DNA from: a virus
Strand: one strand, 5' to 3'
DNA length: 64,000 bases
IMG/VR virus record: IMGVR_UViG_3300031857_000105
Coordinates: 12,778-76,777 of that record
In this document: piece by piece, positions 60,546 to 64,000 of the stretch
Layout: every line of letters starts with the position of its first letter
Position numbering within the stretch: position 1 is the first letter of the stretch
The notes under the pieces: model-generated
Seen by the model: only the letters and a program-made list of their open reading frames with translations
Told to the model about the DNA's origin: nothing
Databases searched by the model: none
Program-made: the position numbers and the translations under genes

Positions 60546-61119
60546 TATTGATATTGACTTTGCTAATAGAACACATGCTCTTGATAAATTCAAGCATGTA
60601 GTTTCGGCTATTAAAGAGGATGATGGCACTTTTAAAAAGCACAATACTGGCATATATTGTACTAGTGTGCCGTACAATCCAATTACTAAACTAAGTACAA
60701 TCGATTATAAAGAAGCAGAAGATAGAGGTTATTTTAAAATAGATTTTTTGAATGTTAGTGTTTACGAAGGTGTAAAAGACAGAAAACATTTACTTGAATT
60801 AATGGAGACTGAACCGCTATGGGACCTACTAGAACAAGACGATTTTACCCAACTCCTGTTCCATGTGAATGGGCATGGGTCTATTCTGAGACAAAGCAAA
60901 CCAAGATCTATCGAGCAATTAGCAGCAGTACTGGCAATGATTCGACCCGCGAAACGTTATCTGATTGGGAAAGATTGGACTACGATTATGACGGAAGTAT
61001 GGACGAAACCGGAGAACGATGAGTACTACTTTAAGAAAGCACATGCCATTGCTTACGCACATGTGATTGTTGTACAGATGAATTTAATCTGCGAAGGTCT
61101 TAGCTACGGCTACAGTTAA
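60538..61119 (+). CDS. dnaE: Miniature DNA polymerase III alpha (DnaE/family C)-like nucleotidyltransferase, 193 aa
   Basis: PDIDIDF, KHNTG, GYFKIDFLNV, KPRSIEQLAAVLAMIRP and YYFKKAHAIAYA are collinear with DnaE motifs. Confidence 0.75.
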   Translation: MPDIDIDFANRTHALDKFKHVVSAIKEDDGTFKKHNTGIYCTSVPYNPITKLSTIDYKEAEDRGYFKIDFLNVSVYEGVKDRKHLLELMETEPLWDLLEQDDFTQLLFHVNGHGSILRQSKPRSIEQLAAVLAMIRPAKRYLIGKDWTTIMTEVWTKPENDEYYFKKAHAIAYAHVIVVQMNLICEGLSYGYS

Positions 61120-61490
61120 CGAGTTTTACGTACTAATTGTACACTTTTACGTTTTACACGTTTCATTGTTAAATTCATCAAATTAACAACTGGCCCTAAT
61201 ATAATCCTAACATCTTTGCTATTAAATGTTCGCACAGCATAAGCAAAGGGTTTAATTTGATCTCTACAGATTATACTAATAGGAAATTGACGGTTTGATT
61301 CCCACCACCAAGTTTCTCCTATTTCTAAAAATAGTGTTTTTTCTTGTGGATCACGTATTGCATTTAAATCATAGAAACTAGTTACATACTGGTCCTGATT
61401 GATTATGATGCCCACGTATTCTTCTTCACCGTAGTTTAATACGCTTATAAAGGGTAGATTTTGTTCTATATCGTCTCTTAGTTTTGCCAT
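61116..61490 (-). CDS. Hypothetical protein
   Basis: MAKLRDDIEQNLPFIS...EYVGII.N...WWWESNRQFPI...KRVKRKSVQLVRK. Confidence 0.6.
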   Translation of the reverse strand: MAKLRDDIEQNLPFISVLNYGEEEYVGIIINQDQYVTSFYDLNAIRDPQEKTLFLEIGETWWWESNRQFPISIICRDQIKPFAYAVRTFNSKDVRIILGPVVNLMNLTMKRVKRKSVQLVRKTR

Positions 61491-61516
61491 AAATATACAA
61501 TAAGGGTTTGTGCCAG

Positions 61517-62632
61517 ATGCAAAAAATTTCAAGTTATTTATATCCAAATAGGATTGAACTACTAGCCAATTTGGCAGGATTTACTACGGAGTATACAAAC
61601 GTGTATCAGAGAACAATAAAAATTTATAACGGTATAGATAACACTATAGAGTTTGATATCAAGAATGCCGATCAAAAAAGATTAGAGCTGATTACAGACT
61701 CTGGAGCAACTCCACCTAAGGTTGCTGTTGTAACCGGTATTGAATTAAATGTTATGGATGCATCTGGTCAAGCGTTACCTAATAGTCCTTATACAGTTAC
61801 TCCACACCCAACACTAAAAGGTATCGCAACTGTAACGATTCCGCAAGAAGATCTAGCAGATTTATCGGACCAATATTTAAAATACAGTGTAACAGCTAGA
61901 GCTAACGGTAACGACATTATGTTATACGGAGATAGTCGCTTTGGAGCAACAGGTACTATTGAGTTAATTGGCAATGCAATGCCAACATTTAGAAATGATA
62001 GAGTTTACGAATCTTTTACAGCAGAAATAGATTTAAAAGGTTTTCCAACTTGGCATTCTAGCGCAATACCTGCAAGATTTTACGAAGCAGTTAAAACAGA
62101 AACTTTACAATTTGATATAGATGTTAAAGGATTAACTGGTAATGTTTGGATTGAAGCAACTAAACAAAGTACAGTTAACACCGAAGCGTTCAAAAAAGGC
62201 GACATCGTCTATTCATTTCCCGATTGTGATGATGCAACCGAGACATTGTCTTCTCCAAATCTTACCATTGGAGACTATCAATATTACAGAGTTTCATATG
62301 CTACCCAATTAGGAAATGGCATTGGAGCTACTTTCACTGTTACACAAAATAATGGCAGTTATGAAGTTGCAGTTAGAGCTGGCGGAACAGGCTATGCAGT
62401 TGGCAGTCAACTTAAAGTATTTGGTAGTGTAATCGGTGGCACAGATGGTGTTAACGACCTGACTATTACAGTTGAATCCGTTGATAGTGCGTCAACTGGA
62501 TACATTTCGAGCTATTCAGTAAGTTCTGCAAATAGTGTTTCTTGGACTGGAAATGCCGCAATTGGTTCGTCTACTTTTGTAGTAACGGGCAAAAATATTA
62601 CCGGAACTGTTGACAAAGTAACCGTCAGTTAA
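61517..62632 (+). CDS. Probable virion structural protein carrying a module shared with the giant tail proteins
   Basis: IKIYNGIDNTIEFDIKNADQK N-terminal domain; C-terminal GATFTVT...GGTGY.VG..LKV.GS.IGG..GVNDL.ITV module; TAAATA upstream. Confidence 0.55.
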   Translation: MQKISSYLYPNRIELLANLAGFTTEYTNVYQRTIKIYNGIDNTIEFDIKNADQKRLELITDSGATPPKVAVVTGIELNVMDASGQALPNSPYTVTPHPTLKGIATVTIPQEDLADLSDQYLKYSVTARANGNDIMLYGDSRFGATGTIELIGNAMPTFRNDRVYESFTAEIDLKGFPTWHSSAIPARFYEAVKTETLQFDIDVKGLTGNVWIEATKQSTVNTEAFKKGDIVYSFPDCDDATETLSSPNLTIGDYQYYRVSYATQLGNGIGATFTVTQNNGSYEVAVRAGGTGYAVGSQLKVFGSVIGGTDGVNDLTITVESVDSASTGYISSYSVSSANSVSWTGNAAIGSSTFVVTGKNITGTVDKVTVS

Positions 62633-62639
62633 GTATAAT
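62610..62639 (+). promoter_or_regulatory. Consensus sigma70 promoter
   Basis: TTGACA-18 nt-TATAAT; the primase ATG lies 7 nt past the -10. Confidence 0.7.
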
Positions 62640-62645
62640 AGTGCT

Positions 62646-63653
62646 ATGAGTCTCATAGCCGATACATTACTTCAATATCTACCTTCGAAGCGTAAACATA
62701 CTCCAAGTGGTTGGATAAGTTTCAATGCGCCGTGTTGTGACGACAAACGACAACGTGGTGGATTTATTATCAACGGTGGCGATGCCGTTAGCTATCATTG
62801 TTTTAATTGTGGATTTAAAGCAAGTTGGCAACCTGGTAGAACTATTAGCCAAAAAATGAATAAGCTCATGCGGGATTTAAACATTCCCGATGATATTATA
62901 TCTCAACTACGTTTGGAAGCACTAAGATTAAATGAAAATTCTACAGCCACAATAAGACAAATTATACCAACGTTTGAAGTTAGAGCATTGCCAATAGATG
63001 CTATTAGTTTTGAAGAGTTAACTACATTCTTAAAACTTCCAGACGGAGATTATGCAGTCCCAACAAAGTTTACTGAAGCATTTGCCTACTTAGTTGAAAG
63101 AAAAATCGATCCGTGGAGTTATCCATTTTACTGGGCTAATAAGACAGGATTTAATAATAGACTTATCATTCCATTCTTATACAAGGGTGAAATAGTTGGG
63201 TGGACTGCCCGTGCTATTAATGATGCCAAACCTAAGTATCTAAGCGAGCAACAACCTGGCTTTGTCTTTAACTTAGATCGTCAAACTAACGAAAGAGATT
63301 TCGTAATTGTTAGTGAAGGGCCGTTTGATGCGCTAAGTATTGACGGGTGTGCTTTATTAGGTGCCGAGATTAAAGACAGCCAAAATTGGTTACTTAAACA
63401 ATTAGGTAAAGAAATTGTTCTAGTACCAGATAGGGACCACGAAGGTCCTAGAACAGTAGAACAAGCGATAGACTATGGTTGGAGTGTCAGTATGCCCGAC
63501 TGGCCTAAAGGTGTTAAGGATATCAACGATGCCGTAGTTAAACTAGGACGTTTGGCAACATTATACTTGATTACATCTGCAAAAGAATCTAACAGTTTAA
63601 AGATACAACTAAAAGCTAAAAAGTGGTTTAAGGAACATGAAGAGAATACTTGA
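62646..63653 (+). CDS. gp61: DNA primase (T4 gp61-like, Zn finger + TOPRIM)
   Basis: NAPCC.D...YHCFNCG; RLIIPF...VGWTAR...KYL; VSEGPFDA; VPDRD..G; KDINDA. Confidence 0.85.
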   Translation: MSLIADTLLQYLPSKRKHTPSGWISFNAPCCDDKRQRGGFIINGGDAVSYHCFNCGFKASWQPGRTISQKMNKLMRDLNIPDDIISQLRLEALRLNENSTATIRQIIPTFEVRALPIDAISFEELTTFLKLPDGDYAVPTKFTEAFAYLVERKIDPWSYPFYWANKTGFNNRLIIPFLYKGEIVGWTARAINDAKPKYLSEQQPGFVFNLDRQTNERDFVIVSEGPFDALSIDGCALLGAEIKDSQNWLLKQLGKEIVLVPDRDHEGPRTVEQAIDYGWSVSMPDWPKGVKDINDAVVKLGRLATLYLITSAKESNSLKIQLKAKKWFKEHEENT

Positions 63654-63750
63654 AATATTTTTAATGCCTGTAAAATGGTGGCAGGCAAGACAAGCATATA
63701 AAAAACGTCTGGAAGAATTACGTAAACGAGATCCATTTATATACAAATGA
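63637..63750 (+). CDS. Small hypothetical protein (37 aa; not in the ORF track)
   Basis: AAGGA RBS; MKRILEIFLMPVKWWQARQAYKKRLEELRKRDPFIYK; ATGA overlap with the next gene. Confidence 0.55.
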   Translation: MKRILEIFLMPVKWWQARQAYKKRLEELRKRDPFIYK

Positions 63751-64000
63751 TTACATGGGGAATAAGCGCCAACAGTCACGATGCAGCTATCGCTGTATTT
63801 TGTGATGAGAAATTAGTCTTTGCCAGTCACAGCGAGCGATTCAGCGGCAAAAAGAATGATAAAGATTTATCTCCTAAATTAATCGATTACGCAATTAAAA
63901 AGTTTGGAGCTCCAAAAAAAGTATATTGGTACGAAAATCCATTGTTTAAAACAGCACGTCAGCTATTTGCTGGCCAAGGCTGGAAATGGCAAGACAATAA
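63747..64000 (+). CDS. Carbamoyltransferase (NodU/CmcH family), N-terminal part, runs off the window
   Basis: MITWGISANSHDAAIAVF...LVFASHSERFSGKKND...WYENP. Confidence 0.8.
   Translation, partial: MITWGISANSHDAAIAVFCDEKLVFASHSERFSGKKNDKDLSPKLIDYAIKKFGAPKKVYWYENPLFKTARQLFAGQGWKWQDN

Noticed and set aside
1-64000. Stop-codon reassignment (seen in some large phages)
   Set aside because: Genes, including 9-10 kb ORFs, are intact and densely packed under the standard code
1-64000. tRNA/rRNA genes, CRISPR arrays, integrase
   Set aside because: Intergenic gaps are short (mostly under 150 nt) and none showed a cloverleaf or repeat-spacer pattern; a tRNAscan/Infernal run would be needed to exclude them formally

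Overview
This window is part of the genome of a large, AT-rich T4-like myophage; no host can be assigned from the sequence. 1-24.6 kb is a virion receptor-binding/tail-fibre region with two giant paralogous modular proteins (3100 and 3424 aa), a fibre ending in a peptidase-S74 chaperone, and a Gly-rich protein. 24.6-32.7 kb is an accessory island with ten 2OG-Fe(II) oxygenases in a near-unbroken run. 32.7-50 kb holds a Nudix hydrolase, neck/tail-completion genes (gp15/gp14/gp13-like), a dNMP kinase, tail sheath and tube, head completion, the terminase and probable internal head proteins. 50-64 kb is a replication/recombination block: gp32, UvsX, UvsY, UvsW, a putative clamp-loader subunit and primase, mixed with glycan/small-molecule enzymes (glycosyltransferase-like, cytidylyltransferase-cupin, carbamoyltransferase). 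The most unusual items are a 193-aa miniaturised DnaE-family polymerase that keeps all three catalytic Asp residues, a probable degenerate stand-alone Hint-fold protein, the oxygenase array, nested domain insertions and a phycobiliprotein-like helical repeat in the giant virion proteins, and many apparently leaderless genes behind TAAATA (late-type) and sigma70-type promoters. I saw no tRNA, rRNA, CRISPR array or integrase. All family calls come from motif recognition by eye; no database searches were run.
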